This document shows, piece after piece, positions 42,752 to 54,984 of a DNA stretch of 64,000 nucleotides. The position numbers were made by a program, and so were the translations under genes. Position 1 is the first letter of the stretch; each line of letters opens with the position of its first letter. The stretch is from an uncultured Nitrososphaerota archaeon (GTDB taxonomy: Archaea; Thermoproteota; Nitrososphaeria; Nitrososphaerales; Nitrosopumilaceae), in the NCBI GenBank assembly GCA_963824385.1, contig CAWGPD010000002.1, positions 128,001-192,000 on the forward strand, read 5' to 3'. The notes under the pieces were generated by a model, which worked only from the letters and a program-made list of their open reading frames with translations, was not told the DNA's origin and made no database searches.

Positions 42752-44232
42752 ATATCAAAATAAAGATAGAATTCATGTGGATGAGGTCTTATTGAAACCT
42801 CATGGTCATCTGCTCTTTCTACCTCAATTAATTTATCAAGTGTTTCATTTGAGAAAATTGGTGATAAGAATTTTTTATCACTCTCTAATTCATCAAGTGC
42901 TTCTCCCAAAGTTGCAGGTAAATCTCTTATTCCTTTTGCAATTCGCTGGGCCTTAGTCATCTTGTAAATATCTTCATAAACTGGATCTCCAGGATCCATC
43001 TTCTTTTTGATACCATCTAATCCTGCTGCTTGAACTGCTGCAAATACTAGATATGGATTAGATGAAGGATCAGGAGCTCTGAATTCAATTCTCTTAATCT
43101 TGGCATACTTTTCTCCTCTAAAGTGAGAAGGAATTCTAATTATTGCAGATCTATTACTTGCACTCCATGCAATATACACTGGTGCTTCATAACCTGGGAC
43201 TAATCTGTGATAAGAGTTTGTTGTAGGTGCAACAATTGCAGACAATGCTCTTGCATGATTCATAATTCCTCCGCAATAGTATCTTGCTAACTGACTAACT
43301 TCTTCTTTGTCATCTTTATCAAAGAACATATTCTTGTCACCTTTCCACAAGCTAACATTAGTGTGCATTCCAGAACCTGCATCCATTGAGATTGGTTTTG
43401 GCATCATGGTTGCAACTTTATCATATTTTTTGGCAATGTTTCTAATAACATACTTGTAAGTCTGAGCACCATCTGCAGAATTAGTTAGAGTATCATATCT
43501 GATATCGATCTCACATTGTCCGGCAGTAGCTACTTCATGATGATGATTATCACATAAAATTCCGAAATATTCATTCAAGCACTCGACACAATCGTTTCTA
43601 AATTCTGTTAATGTATCAGCAGGAGTACTTGGATAGTATCCTTTCTTTAACGCCATTGGATATCCCTTCCCATCTTGACTCCATGGTGCCTCTTTGGATT
43701 CTATTGAGTAAGACTGGCCCTTGTAAGGAGTAAGTACATCCCAATTAATTTTATCAAATACAAAAAATTCTACCTCTGGACCCCAGTAACTATTGTCAAA
43801 TCCTTGAGTTTGTAGGTATTTCTCAGTTTTTTGAGCAATGCCTCTTGGGTCAGATTCTAGCCTGCCTTTATTTCTGCTCTTGTACACATCACAAATCAAT
43901 CTAGCAGTCTTTGCATTTTCTAACCAAGGAATTAGTGCAAAAGTATTAGGATCTGGTTTTAAGACCATATCCGAGTCTTCTATTGATGCAAATCCTACAA
44001 TTGAAGAACCATCTAATTTTGGAAGTCCATCTTGCATCTGTTGAGGGGTAAATAGATTTGAAGAAATTGTAGTGTGATGGAATCTGCCTCTAAGACCTGT
44101 AAATTGTAAATCGATGAATTTTATCTGATCATGCTTTATTTTTGAGAAAACATCTTCCGAAGTATAAGAAACTGGTACTGGTTCTCCACCAATCACTTTA
44201 TATGGCAATTTTGCACCTTGATCATAACACAA
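42748..44232 (-). CDS. glnA: Glutamine synthetase type I
   Basis: DGSSI.GF, HHHEVA..GQ.EI, GSGMH.N.SL, RLVPGYEAP, NRSA.IRIP and RIEFR.PD; the real start may be the TTG at 44208. Confidence 0.96.
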   Translation of the reverse strand: MCYDQGAKLPYKVIGGEPVPVSYTSEDVFSKIKHDQIKFIDLQFTGLRGRFHHTTISSNLFTPQQMQDGLPKLDGSSIVGFASIEDSDMVLKPDPNTFALIPWLENAKTARLICDVYKSRNKGRLESDPRGIAQKTEKYLQTQGFDNSYWGPEVEFFVFDKINWDVLTPYKGQSYSIESKEAPWSQDGKGYPMALKKGYYPSTPADTLTEFRNDCVECLNEYFGILCDNHHHEVATAGQCEIDIRYDTLTNSADGAQTYKYVIRNIAKKYDKVATMMPKPISMDAGSGMHTNVSLWKGDKNMFFDKDDKEEVSQLARYYCGGIMNHARALSAIVAPTTNSYHRLVPGYEAPVYIAWSASNRSAIIRIPSHFRGEKYAKIKRIEFRAPDPSSNPYLVFAAVQAAGLDGIKKKMDPGDPVYEDIYKMTKAQRIAKGIRDLPATLGEALDELESDKKFLSPIFSNETLDKLIEVERADDHEVSIRPHPHEFYLYFDI

Positions 44233-44252
44233 AGGGGTCTATGATTTAAGTA

Positions 44253-44822
44253 TTGTTGGATATGGAAATGTCAGAAATAAAAATCGATGTAAATTCATTG
44301 TATGCAATTCTTCTTAGAGAAGTAGAAAACGATTCAGTTCAGGAGGTAGATCCTAATCTATATCATAATATTGCAGAATTTCTTGGTAACTTGAAAAATC
44401 ATGATTATGATGGAATAGAATCAAAGATTACTGAATCATTAGTTAAAATGATAACAGAAATGACTTCGATTCTTTTGAAGATAAGAATTGAAAAGGTAAC
44501 ATCTCTGGATGAAATTGATTATTCAAATTTGCTTGATGAAGAGAGATTTATTTTAGATTCTGAAGATGAACTCAGACAAAGAAAGGATACTATTCTTTCT
44601 GCAACACTCAATGGAAGATTAAAGCTTCTTGAGACAGTAGGACAAAATCACAGAGCAAGATCAATTGTAATTCGATTTCTCAAACCAATAGATCAGATAA
44701 TGGGTACAGACTTGCAGACATACGGACCATTTGAATCAGAAGATGTTGCAACTTTACCATTTGAGAATGCACGCTCATTGATTGAAAAAAAAGTGGCAGT
44801 AAAGGTAAGCTGGGAAGACTAG
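44253..44822 (+). CDS. GINS complex subunit (Gins51-type)
   Basis: Helical A-domain (REVE...Q, RIEK, NLLDEE) followed by B-domain IRFLK.I..I.G.D...YGPF..EDVA.LP.ENA..LI. Confidence 0.8.
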   Translation: MLDMEMSEIKIDVNSLYAILLREVENDSVQEVDPNLYHNIAEFLGNLKNHDYDGIESKITESLVKMITEMTSILLKIRIEKVTSLDEIDYSNLLDEERFILDSEDELRQRKDTILSATLNGRLKLLETVGQNHRARSIVIRFLKPIDQIMGTDLQTYGPFESEDVATLPFENARSLIEKKVAVKVSWED

Positions 44823-44852
44823 AAATTAGACAACCTTCTATTGTGATATATC

Positions 44853-45128
44853 ATGCATAACGGAATAGACCTCGACGTATACTTTTTAATTATATTGTAT
44901 CCTATTGCTGGATTATTTATTGTAGAAATGATCTGGAGGGGAATCAAGATCATCCCAAACTGGATAAAACTCTTAACCCAGGCAGTGATGTGCGTGGGTT
45001 TTGGAATAGCATATCTTATAATGACTGTTGCTCATTGGCTAACAGCTGGGGTATTACTTGCCTTGGCATTTGCTCTATTTTATCAGGCAAAACTTTCAAA
45101 ACTTAATCCTAAGAAGGCAATGTATTAA
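44853..45128 (+). CDS. Small membrane protein
   Basis: Three hydrophobic segments in 91 aa. Confidence 0.6.
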   Translation: MHNGIDLDVYFLIILYPIAGLFIVEMIWRGIKIIPNWIKLLTQAVMCVGFGIAYLIMTVAHWLTAGVLLALAFALFYQAKLSKLNPKKAMY

Positions 45129-45349
45129 CTAAATTTGCCAAAAATTCGCTTAATGAAACTCTGTCTGCCAATTCCTTTTGTTCTCTGAATCTTTTTTTCT
45201 CCAAATTTCTTTGCTCTTATTTGGAACAACTTTACACATCTGTGATCTTCTGGTAGCCTATGTTCTGCACAAAACTTGTCTTTACAATAATTGCATTCAA
45301 ACGGCAAATCTTGTTTTTTCCCACAATAGGCGCAGTCAATTAATTCCAT
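45125..45349 (-). CDS. AN1-type zinc finger protein
   Basis: C..C.....LPF.C.YC...FC.EHRLPE.H.C motif. Confidence 0.88.
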   Translation of the reverse strand: MELIDCAYCGKKQDLPFECNYCKDKFCAEHRLPEDHRCVKLFQIRAKKFGEKKIQRTKGIGRQSFIKRIFGKFS

Positions 45350-45465
45350 GATTATAACTAATTAGGATACTAAATTAGTGTTCGTAAGAAAAATTACTTT
45401 CATTATAGATATCAATTAACAAAACTTATTTACGCAAGACAGCATGATGAAAAATAGTTTTCAAT

Positions 45466-46206
45466 ATGATAAAAGGTCATGTAGCTGTGATAACGGGTGC
45501 TAGTAGCGGAATAGGATATGCTACTGCTCTTGCTATAGCAAAAGCTGGTGCAAAAGTTGTAGTTGGCGCCAGAAGAACTGAGAAATTAGAACAACTCAAA
45601 AAAGATATTGAGAAAATTGGAGGAGAATGCATTACAGTTTCATGTGATGTAACAAAACGCGCTGATTGTGAAAATTTGATTAATACTGCTATAAAAAAAT
45701 GGAACAAGGTGGACATTCTAGTAAATAATGCGGGACTAATGCCTCTAAGTTTTGTTAAGAATCTCAAAGTAGATGAATGGGACCAAATGATTGATGTAAA
45801 CATCAAAGGGGTAATGTACTGCACCTCATCTGCAATCCCTCACATGATCAAGCAGAACTCTGGTCATATTGTAAACATTTCATCTATTGCCGGAAGAGTA
45901 GTTTTTCCTGCAGGTAGTGTTTATTGTGCAACTAAATTTGCAGTATGGGCTTTTAGCGAAGGACTCCGACAAGAACTATCTGTTAGAAACAACATTCGAG
46001 TTACAACAATAGAGCCAGGAATAGTAAATACTGAACTTACAAACACCATTACTGACAAATCTCTAGAATCTTTTGTGACACACTCAAAAACAATTCAATC
46101 TCTAAAAGCTGAAGATATTGCAAATTCTATAATGTTTGCACTTGAATCTCCTCCTCACATGAATGTAAATGAAATTGCCATTAGACCTACTACACAAGAA
46201 AAGTAG
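45466..46206 (+). CDS. SDR-family oxidoreductase (YdfG-like)
   Basis: TGASSGIG, NNAG and YCATK motifs. Confidence 0.92.
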   Translation: MIKGHVAVITGASSGIGYATALAIAKAGAKVVVGARRTEKLEQLKKDIEKIGGECITVSCDVTKRADCENLINTAIKKWNKVDILVNNAGLMPLSFVKNLKVDEWDQMIDVNIKGVMYCTSSAIPHMIKQNSGHIVNISSIAGRVVFPAGSVYCATKFAVWAFSEGLRQELSVRNNIRVTTIEPGIVNTELTNTITDKSLESFVTHSKTIQSLKAEDIANSIMFALESPPHMNVNEIAIRPTTQEK

Positions 46207-46221
46207 TTTTGATACATTGCC

Positions 46222-47365
46222 ATGAGACCAATTAATGTTGTAATTTTAGGGGGAGGCTTTGGAGGTCTTGCTGCAGCAAACGAATTACGAGAAAATATTC
46301 CTCAAGATGTACGAATTATAATAATTGATAAAAAAGACTGGTTCATGATGGATCTTGTTAAGCTTTGGATAATTAATGGTACAAGGGAATTTGAATTATC
46401 TAAAAGGCCATTAGAGAGTGTCACAAAGAAAGGTATCGAGTTTGTAAATGAAGATGTAATGAAGATAGATCCTGTTGGAAAATTCATCCGAACAAAATAT
46501 AGACAATTTCATTATGATTTCTTGATAATAGCACTAGGTGTTGAACTTGCACCAGAGAAAATTTCAGGTCTTAAAGAAAATAGTCTCATCCTTTATGATA
46601 TTAATGATGTTCCAAAAATTAGAGATACCATAAAACAAATGAAATCAGGCAAGATTGCAATTGCAATTACTGGCCTTCCATACAAGTGCCCTCCTGCTCC
46701 ATATGAGGCAGCTCTTTCTAATCAGGTCTGTTCTTGAAGAAACAGGAGCAAGTGATTCTATTACAATGGATTTTTACAGTCCAACACCAATTACACTTCC
46801 TGCAGGAGGACCACAGGTAAGCGAAGAAATATTTCAAATCCTAAAATCTAAAAATATAGAGTTTCATGGAAATCATAAAACCATGTCAGTTGAACCTAAT
46901 AAAATAAAATTTGAAAATTCTGAGACAAATTTTGATGTTTTAATTGCTGTTCCTCCCCATAAGGCTCCCTCAGTTGTAATAGAATCTGGCTTTGCAGAAG
47001 AAGGAAAGTTTGTAGCAGTGGATAAAACTTGCGAAACAAAATATGATCGTGTATACGCAATAGGAGATGTAAACCAAATAATGGTAACAGACAAAATTGC
47101 AGTGCCAAAAGCAGGAATTTTTGCTGAAGCAGAAGGAGTAACAGTTGCAAGAAACATCATTTCACAAATACAAAATGAACTGGAACATGCAATCTTTGAT
47201 GGAAAGGGAGGATGCTTTTTGGAAACTGCACAGGGAACTGCGGGATATATTCAAGTTGACATGTTTGCAACTCCAGATCCACTGACTCAATTACAATCTT
47301 CATCTGCAGAACACTTTTCAGAAAAAGAAAAGTTTGAACAAGAAAGACTGAAAAAATGGCTTTAG
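46222..47365 (+). CDS. Sulfide:quinone oxidoreductase-like FAD-dependent oxidoreductase (frameshift near 46715)
   Basis: GGGFGG, YKCPPAPYE, VYAIGD, PKAG.FA and G.G.CF.E motifs split over two ORFs. Confidence 0.8.
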
Positions 47366-47440
47366 GTTTCATGATGCAAAATTCTTTACTATAATTCAAT
47401 CCCACAATTTAATAATTTCAACAATAGCCAGCACGTTGAG

Positions 47441-47518
47441 GGGGCCGTAGTCTAGCTTGGTTATGATGCTAGCCTGGGGTGCTAGAGGTCGCCGGTTCAA
47501 GTCCGGCCGGCCCCACCA
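47441..47518 (+). tRNA. tRNA-Pro(GGG), CCA encoded
   Basis: GGGGCCG/CGGCCCC acceptor stem, CTAGC-CT-GGG-GT-GCTAG anticodon arm, GCCGG-TTCAAGT-CCGGC T-arm, ACCA end. Confidence 0.96.
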
Positions 47519-47613
47519 TGAGACAGATCATGAGATTTTGTCATTATTTACAATCTACTTGCTAATGCCAATTTGTCAAGCCATTTTTTGTAGAATTATA
47601 CTTGTAACTAGTC

Positions 47614-47922
47614 ATGGGAAAAAGAAAATTCACTATTGACCTTGGTGATGAGAAAATTGAGGTAGAAGGACATCAACACAAAAATGTTGCAATCAAATAT
47701 CTCATGAAGCGACGAAGATCTCTTCTTATGACAAGAGACAAAGAAAAGGTAGAGAAACTCTTTGAAGCTGTACCAAAAACAATTTCAATAGTGGGTGGTC
47801 ACCTGATTAAATCCTACAAGATAAACTGGGAAAGAGAAGGAACAACAGAATTTGAAGGTTCTAGATTTGTCTTTACCTTAACTGATCTACCTGACAAATC
47901 TGTACAAATAGTTGCAAATTGA
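47614..47922 (+). CDS. Hypothetical basic protein
   Basis: 102-aa ATG ORF with typical composition. Confidence 0.7.
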   Translation: MGKRKFTIDLGDEKIEVEGHQHKNVAIKYLMKRRRSLLMTRDKEKVEKLFEAVPKTISIVGGHLIKSYKINWEREGTTEFEGSRFVFTLTDLPDKSVQIVAN

Positions 47923-47958
47923 TTTCCCATCGACCTTTTTTAAAGTGAATATATTTTC

Positions 47959-49666
47959 TTACAAGGTAGATTTTATACCTGAATCATAACTTGGAAATCC
48001 CAATACATCTTGATACGCTTTTGGAATCATTTGTTTTGATTGCATCAAAAGATCACTTGCAGCTGAATCAAGAACATACGTAACAGCCCAATCTTCTTCA
48101 CTTCTAATTGACCTGCCAAAGCCTTGTAGTAACTTTGTTAATGTCTGAGACTTGTACCACAAGGGAAATTTTTGCATCTTGATTTTAGTTCGTTTCTCAC
48201 TTAGGTTAGGATATGGTACCTTTGCTATTATCTGAAACCTGGATAAATCATCTTTCAAATCAACTCCTTCCCACAACGATGATGACAACAACACTCCATC
48301 TTCATCAAAAGAGTGTTCTTGCAATATCTCGTCTTGAGTCATTCCATTCTCATTTCTACTGTGACAGATTCTAATTCGGCGCCTATTTTTCTCAGAAAGA
48401 TTATTTTTTATGTCGAAACATCTCTTCTCTGAAGAAGTAAGTATCAATCCTCTTTCATCAGCATGTTGTGACATGATATCATCGATTTTTTTTATGACAG
48501 CAAGTTCATCATCTTTACTTGCAGAATAACTCAGTTTTTTTGTATTAAGAAAATTAATTCTTCTTTTGTCTGGAGCAAAAGGAGATCTTGGAGTGTCTAC
48601 AAATCCAACCTTTGATGGTTCAAGTCCAGCATTTTCACAAAAACTAGCCTTGTCTATTGTAGCTGACATGAATATCTGATGCTCTATGTCAAAGAAAGTC
48701 TTGACATATTTTGAAATGTCTAGCGGTTTAATTGAAACTGACCTGAAATTTCCTCTTTCATCATTGAAGGGATCATTTACTACAAAATTATTCTTGTTTG
48801 AAAATATTTCTGCATGAGAATTTGCCATCTTTTCATATCTAGATTCTAACTTGGATAGTAAAACATAGTCAGGGTTTAGCATAAACGATCTGCTTTCTTG
48901 CAAATCAAGGATTTGTTTTGAGTATGATTTTGCCAAATCATCAAGTAGCTGTATTATCATGCCGATATCTCCAAGATCGTATGTTTTTACATCTATGCCA
49001 CACTCGGAAAGAAATCCATTATAGATATCAACTCCTATGAATTGAATTATCTGGTCTTCCACTTTATGAGCTTCATCAAAAATTGCTATTGGTTTTGAGA
49101 CATATTCTGCATAGGCTTTTCTGTTGAACTTCATCAGACTGAAAGTATGATGCATAATTCCAGATTGAATGGGGAGAAGTTAATGCGCGATATTTTTGTT
49201 CATAATAATGGCAAAATTGCTTGGTGATATCCTCTGGTTCTCCTAGCTTTGGCTTGAAACTACAAATTTCCTTGACTTTTTTTCCATTCTTCATTGTTGT
49301 TTCTTCACATAGACCCTTCTCACAAGTAAGACCCTTCTGAATTGCACTTTTTGTATCTGATGTATCCATTGATTCTTTGTCCATTAATTTTAGACAAGCA
49401 AAGTTTGATTTTCCCTTTACAGGCATTAGAAATTTCAGGTCTTTAGAATACTGATCTTGTAATTGTTTAGAAGCTGTAACTATGAATGAACTACCGTAAT
49501 ATCTTGCCAGGGTTGCAGCAATGAGTGATTTTCCAACTCCAGTTGGTGCTGACAGGACAATTGTCTTGAATCCTGACTTGAGTTGTTGTTCTATTCCTTG
49601 CAAGATCTCTTTTTGTATTTCTCTTGGTTTGAATTCCTCTGGAAAGTGTTCAAGAACTGTAGTCAT
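47959..49666 (-). CDS. XPD/DinG(Rad3)-family helicase (frameshift near 49140)
   Basis: APTGVGKS, Cys cluster, DEAH, MSAT, WEGVD and QGFGRSIRSE.D motifs. Confidence 0.9.
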
Positions 49667-49786
49667 ATTAATTCAGGTTGCTAAAACATTGAAAGAACAA
49701 TACTTAATCGCTTGTTTTGACAAATTACCTAACAATTAGTAAAAACTTGGTCAGTTTGATTTATTATAATTTTATCTCACAAATAA

Positions 49787-50396
49787 TCATCCAATTTTAT
49801 TGAACTTTTGCTGACTCTTCCAGAGATACCAAGTTGTAATAGTTCTATATGGTCTCCACTTTTCACCCTAATTTTTCAACCTCTCTTGGTTTTGGAATTT
49901 CTGGCAAAGAAAATAGTATTTGAACTCCTTTTCTCAAACCAAGATCATCAACAGGAAAAACATCTTGTCTTCCCAAAGAAAAAATAAGAAACATCTCTGC
50001 TGTCCATCTTCCTATTCCCTTGACCTGAGTTAGATGAGTAATTACATCCTCATCACTCATTTTTGAAAGTGATTTCATGTTCAATTTTCCTTCTTCTACA
50101 TGTCTTGCTAAATCCTTTACATACTCAATCTTCATACCTGATAAACCAACTATGCGAAGCTTTGATTTTCTTGTAGAGAGAATTTCAGATGCTGTTGGAA
50201 ATTTTGGATATAGTTTTTTGAATCTCTTAAAAATTGCTTCTGCCGCATTAGTTGCAATCTGTTGAGAAATTATGGATTCTACAAGAGTAGAAAAATGGTG
50301 ATTTTTCCGCTTTAATTTGTAATTGCCAACATTATTGATAATGGAAGCTAATTGTGGATCCTTTTGAAGAAATTCTATTGCATCCTCAATTGTCAT
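49787..50396 (-). CDS. alkA: DNA-3-methyladenine glycosylase (AlkA/HhH-GPD), frameshift near 49862
   Basis: IISQQ, VKGIGRWTAEMFL.F.L.R.DVFP.DDLG; the shifted frame gives WRPYRT..TWYLW. Confidence 0.9.
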
Positions 50397-50397
50397 A

Positions 50398-51756
50398 CTA
50401 GCTTGGCTCTGGATGTATAGTAACTATGGCATTTTTTATCTGATTTTTTATTTTGCCTTCTATCTCTGATACTATATCATGAACCTCCTCAATTGTAAGA
50501 TCTTTTTCAAACGAACAATCAATATCAATTTTGAATATATCCTGTAGATGTAATGTTATTACTCGACCAACTTTTTTTACTTTAGAATATTCTTTTATTA
50601 TATTGGTAACTTGCTCTTCTATTGTAATATCTTCAATGGGGATGCTATTTGGAATTGAAACATATGGTTCAAGATGAATAGTAATGTGATTTACATTTGC
50701 AACTGCTTTTTTTATTTGAGATTCTATTTCATCTGATACACCATGAGCATCTTCAAGCGACATGTTTCGATCAACCATTACATGCAAGCTTATGAAGATC
50801 CCATTCTCTGCAGAAAAAGAGTTTACATTATGAATTCCTTTTACTCCCTTTACTGAAGTTGAAACATTATTTATGATGTAATCTGCAGGTACATCTTTCC
50901 AAGTTGGCTTGAAGTTAATGGTTACATTAGAATTTGCAATGGCATTTTTGATATTTTTTTCCACATTGGCACTAATTTTATGCGCTTCTTCAAAACTAGA
51001 AGCAGCACTTAGTGATATTGTAATTTCTGTAAAGATATCTGTACCTGATCTGCGTATCTGAACAGACTCTGTCCTCATTACTCCAGACTGTGTTGTCTAC
51101 AATATCATGTACTCTTCTGACCATATTTGCAGGAACAGCATCTGTTAGTTCAAGGCCGCTCTTGTGAATTAGCTTCAAGCTCAATGCAGCAAGTAAAGCT
51201 CCTAGAATTAATGCAGCAATATAGTCTCCTTGATAAAATCCCATGATTACAAATACAATTCCAACCAATGCAACAGAAGTGGCACCCATGTCCATGAGAG
51301 CATGATAAAGGTCTACTCTAAGCGAAGAACCCTCTGTTTTCTCAAGACTCTTCTTAGAATTACTATCCTAAAGAAGATAGTTCCTAGGGTATAGGCTGCC
51401 GCTATGATTGCAAGAACTCCTGGCAAAACCTCTGGCTTTGGTTCCTGGAATCTTGATATTGACTCATAAATGAAAAACGATGAAATAATGAGAATTATGA
51501 TTCCTGCAACAAAACTTCCCATAGTCTCAATTTTTCCATGACCGTAAGTGTGCTCTCTATCTGGTGGTTTTGTTGACCATTTTGCAGCAACAAGCAAAAC
51601 CATAGTTACAATAGAATCTAGTATTGCATGAACACTATCTGTGATTAAAGCTAGACTATTGGAATAAACTCCAATCAAAAATTCTACTGCAAAAGCAGAA
51701 AGTATCACTGAAAGAGAAATCTTTAGTGCATTTGTCTTGATGTCTTGTAAGCTCAA
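50398..51756 (-). CDS. Cation diffusion facilitator with repeated C-terminal dimerisation domains (two frameshifts)
   Basis: SLAL..DSVH..LD, PPD.EH.YGHGK.E, HALMD, and three (E/D)AH/EVH...E..I-type domains. Confidence 0.88.
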
Positions 51757-52519
51757 CTCTTGTCCAGCCCCAACATCTTTAAGATTTAATCAAAATTCTC
51801 TCTTGACTGTTCATGCTTGTATTTTTTTAGAGGGTCTATCAATTTTTTCTTGTTTGGTATTTTTATGATATTTTTAACTATACTTGAAAGAGCAGAGCCT
51901 ATGAATATGGATTGAGTAGCTGATGTAACATTTGAAGTTCTTCTGTTTGTACTACCACTTTCAAAATCAATTATGCATGGAGATTTTCCTACAATAACAT
52001 GTTTGTGGATATAGTTCAATTCTCCATGATCAAGATGAATTGTATCCAAAGTATAGCAATCTTCTAGAACTTGTCTTACAACTGACTTGAGCTTTGCAGC
52101 ATTACCCCTACCCTTGAGCTCTCTGACCCAATCAGTTATTTTCTGACCCTCCAAGTATTCCATTATTATGAAATTCTTGCTACTGTCTACTAGCTTTGGA
52201 CCTACGTTTACTTTGTTTGCAAGCTTTAGAAGTTTTGCTTCGCTTTTCATCTCCGACCTGCTAGAATCTATTCTACGAATCTTCAGAGTACATCCTTCTT
52301 GTGCAATTTTGACAATACTACAACTCCCACGTAGCCTTTGCCCAAGACATGGATATTATTTAGAATCGTCTCACCTTGAAATGATACTGCTGTAACTCCA
52401 AGTTTTTTAAGCTCAGAATGCCTCTTTGTAAGCTCGCCCTTTGTTGCCTTTGGATATCCTAAGATGAGAGAATATGGTTCTCTGACAAGCTTACTTATTG
52501 GAACCAAAGATGAGTTCAT
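51753..52519 (-). CDS. RIO/Bud32-like Ser/Thr kinase (frameshifted)
   Basis: LGKGYVGVV, KIRR.DS, MEYLEG, DHGEL and IIDFES motifs. Confidence 0.82.
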
Positions 52520-53826
52520 TGGTAGAGGTTAACTCAGCCAGAGCCTTTTTAATGGATTTGCTTGTCACCTGATGACCCTCTAACACCTTAAAACCACGCT
52601 TCATATCTGGAATTATCCCATTTGGAATACCAGTCTTTTGTGAGATTCTTCTTTAAAAGAGACTGCAAGAATTTTTTTGCATCATAAAATTCTCTTTCTT
52701 GTAACGACAAAATCCTTCCATCATCATCAATCCATGTTAACCTGTTCTTAGAATTTCGCAAGATAAAGTTCTCAGATTCTGATTTTCTAAATACATCAGG
52801 ACCGTTCTTGACCATGAATTTTTCAATTATTGGTGAATGTAATAAGAAAAGCATCGCAGCCTCTGATTTTTCATCTGTTATGGTACTCTTGCGTAATACT
52901 TGAAATCCCCCAAGCTCGAGCTGACCTGAAAGAGCTGTTGCTCCTCTTTTTGCTTGACCCCAAATAATATCTGGACTTCTATGTTTGTAATCAAACTTGA
53001 CAACTATGATGTTCTTTAGATTCTTTGTGTTTGGAAATGATTTTTTTCCATTGAAAAATACCAATGATGGTTTTTTAAGATAAGCTCTCGCTGCAAGTAT
53101 GAATCTTCCAAAATTTTGTGCAGAAATTGCCGTACCTAGATTTCTATTGCTATCAATAGGATCTATCAATATCAGGGCAGTTTCAAATTTTTTAGTGGGA
53201 TTTCCTATTACTTGTCCTTGGGAAAAGTTTGCAGCTGCTTCTAAAACCTTGATGAAACTACCATAGTGATAAATCAAAACCTCTGCAACATATCCTCCAA
53301 ATCCCTCCGTGGCTATTTCTGCACCGTAGATATCAACTCCTATTAGAAACTTTTTGAGTAGCCTTACCTCGTTCTTTTTTTCATCATCTAATTTTTCAAG
53401 TATGAATTTGGTGTGAAAAGAAGATCTATCTGCTGCACTCTGCCATTGTCCATTTTCTACGTCATAACATGGAACAACATTTACTTTGGTCTTTTCTGCT
53501 TCTGCCTCAACATACGGATGTTCAGAATATCTAACATATGGTTTGTATTTTTTCATAGAAGCAAAACCAATCTCTTTACCAATTTTTTCAAACTGCTTTT
53601 CTTCTGTTTCTTTTTTCATCTTGACAAAAATATCAAGATCCAACTTGCCCTTGAGCCAGGTTCCCTTTGCATATGAACCACCAAGCTCAACCAAAGTAAC
53701 CTCTGGATATTTTGCAGCTTCTTTCTTTACAAGTTCCACTAGATTATTTGAAAGCAATTGCATTTTCTCTTTTTCTTGTTTTGTGGGAATTGATGCATTC
53801 CTAGCTTGTTCCAGAATATTTCTCAT
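52491..53826 (-). CDS. cca: Archaeal class I CCA-adding enzyme (C-terminal frameshift)
   Basis: GGSYAKGTWL...DLDIF, YSEHPYV, SAADRS.FH, GFGGY..E.L and DPID..RN motifs. Confidence 0.95.
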
Positions 53827-54362
53827 TTTGCTAAAACCACCTGTAAATCAGAGTATATTGGTCCATTTGGAGTTAAGATACTTTGCTTCAACTTTAACTC
53901 TGTTATTACTTCCTTACCTAGGTCAACTGTCTTGAATTTTTCTAGAGTTTGTGAAATATCACCTACATTATTTTTAATTCTAAATATTGTTAAATGAGGC
54001 TTGAATGGTTTGTCTGATTTGAATCCCAGAGGCTCTAGTTTTTTTCCTACTTGAGTAGCAAGATCAACTAGTTGTTCTGATGCAACTTTGTCTATTCCTA
54101 TCCAAATGATACGCGGAAATCTTGGATTTGGAAATGTGCCTATGTGCGTAAATTTTACTTCAATTGGTCTAAACGAAATTGTAGATAATTCTTTTTTCAC
54201 ATTTTCTACAGTCTTTTCATCAATCTCTCCTAAGAAAAGTAATGTAAAATGCATGTTCTGTTTATTTACTGCAGTTGCTTTTATCATAAAATCTGATTGA
54301 ATTTTGGTTATACTGTTTAGTATTTCCTCATTATGAATTTCAACGGCGATAAAAGTACGCAT
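53823..54362 (-). CDS. thpR: RNA 2',3'-cyclic phosphodiesterase / 2'-5' RNA ligase (2H family)
   Basis: MR.FIA, HFTL.FLGE and PHLTI.R (two HxT motifs). Confidence 0.92.
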   Translation of the reverse strand: MRTFIAVEIHNEEILNSITKIQSDFMIKATAVNKQNMHFTLLFLGEIDEKTVENVKKELSTISFRPIEVKFTHIGTFPNPRFPRIIWIGIDKVASEQLVDLATQVGKKLEPLGFKSDKPFKPHLTIFRIKNNVGDISQTLEKFKTVDLGKEVITELKLKQSILTPNGPIYSDLQVVLAK

Positions 54363-54420
54363 TATTGGAATTCAGATTATAGTATCTATAATGATTTCCG
54401 GTAACTTCATAGACTAGAAG

Positions 54421-54984
54421 ATGAAGTTTGTGAGTGTGTCTAAACTTATCATATGTCTCACAGGAATGCCTGGTGCAGGAAAAACCACAATAGCAGAGGG
54501 TCTGAAATCAAAAGGCTTTGATAAAATTACAATGGGAGATGCTGTAAGGGCAGAAGCCACAAGAAGAAAGATAGAGCCTACTGGAACAAATCTTGGAAAA
54601 CTCATGATTGAGTGAAGAGAGAAAAACGGTCCAGGTGCGGTAGCAGAACTAATAGTAGATGATATTAAAAATTCAAAGTCTGATGTTGTACTAGTTGATG
54701 GGGTTAGATCACTTTCAGAAGTTGATATCTTGAAAAAAATTGGTACAGTAAAAGTTCTGGCCATACATGCATCTGGTGATATTAGATACAAATTTCTCAC
54801 AGGAAGAGGTAGATCTGATGCACCATCTGATCGTGATGACTTTACAAAAAGAGACTCTAGAGAGATTGGAGTTGGTATGAGTGAATCAATAGCTCTTGCA
54901 GATGAAACAATCTCTAATAACAATATGACAATTGAAGAGCTTGTTGATACTGCATACCATGTCATAAAAGGTTGGATGAATTGA
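54421..54984 (+). CDS. UPF0200 nucleotide kinase / dephospho-CoA kinase-like (in-frame TGA at 54613, probably an error)
   Basis: GMPGAGKTT, MGD.VR, VDGVRS..E, RGRSD and RD.REI..G; both ORF fragments share one frame. Confidence 0.85.

Noticed and set aside
54613..54615. In-frame TGA in UPF0200 kinase as selenocysteine or readthrough
   Set aside because: The context (LMIE*REKNG) suggests Leu rather than Cys; a compensating indel pair explains it, given the window-wide error rate.
54414..54965. 183-aa antisense ORF and the many other short overlapping ORFs in the track
   Set aside because: Antisense or alternate-frame shadows of well-supported genes, with no motifs.
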